From Schmidtea polychroa (Eukaryota): a stretch of 64,000 nt of DNA. Below the pieces are notes generated by a model that worked only from the letters and a program-made list of their open reading frames with translations, was not told where the DNA came from and did not search any database. Positions 63,600 to 64,000 of this stretch are shown here, piece after piece (within the stretch, counting starts at the first letter, position 1; the number at the start of each line of letters is the position of its first letter). The position numbers and the translations under genes are program-made. Location of the stretch: the NCBI GenBank assembly GCA_044892525.1, contig CM097885.1:52888001-52952000 (forward strand). The letters run 5' to 3'.

Positions 63600-64000
63600 A
63601 TAGATGCAAGTGTCCGTCAACGTGTTAAATAACATGTCAATGACGTTTGCTTCATAGAGCCTCTCTTTCTCTGTCGAAGAATTTCAGTGTAGCATGTGAT
63701 GTCGTTTAGCAATCTTTTGCCAAATTTCGAACTTCTCTCCAAGTTATTGTCAATTTATTTAAATCCTTTCACAACTGTATGCAGTAGGCCTACATAATGC
63801 TTTAATTCTTTTGTCATTGTCATTATAATCATCAACAGCAGATTGAGTAAAAGTAAATCTTCATCTGCTAAAGATTCATCTAGAGATGCTAGTAATTCCG
63901 TTATAACTTCAAGAGCAACTTCAAGTTCTAACTCTCTTGCCATATTTACCACCTCTGTTTTTACATTAGGCGTATCAACTCCAAAGCTTTCAAAGTCATC
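63600..64000 (-). pseudogene. Tigger/pogo transposase C-terminal remnant
   Basis: DFESF...VVNMARELELEVALEVITELLASLDESLADEDLL matches the Tigger1 C-terminus pattern. Confidence 0.75.

Overview
Very AT-rich, intron-rich animal genomic DNA; (AAT)n/(TA)n microsatellites and Penelope, Gypsy, hAT and Merlin debris suggest a triclad flatworm (inference only). Host genes are few: the last three exons of a claudin/PMP22-like tetraspan gene spread over ~24 kb, a two-exon 8-Cys secreted peptide gene, and a possible terminal exon near 60.2 kb. The rest is mobile DNA. It includes a young intact 5.2-kb Gypsy element (matching LTRs, four-knuckle Gag, -1 frameshift signal), a 28S rRNA 3' fragment trapped between inverted Penelope-type termini, a hammerhead-ribozyme repeat, a 3.9-kb solo-LTR-like unit carrying its own GC-rich ORF, and many MITEs with clean TSDs. 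The most striking feature is an 8.05-kb Maverick/Polinton derivative (49555-57606, 6-bp TSD ATTAGC) nested in a hAT transposase. Its 2.5-2.9-kb inverted arms each contain the C-terminal half of the protein-primed DNA polymerase B, and no integrase, ATPase or capsid gene is recognisable. It resembles an integrated copy-back (defective-interfering-like) Maverick genome.
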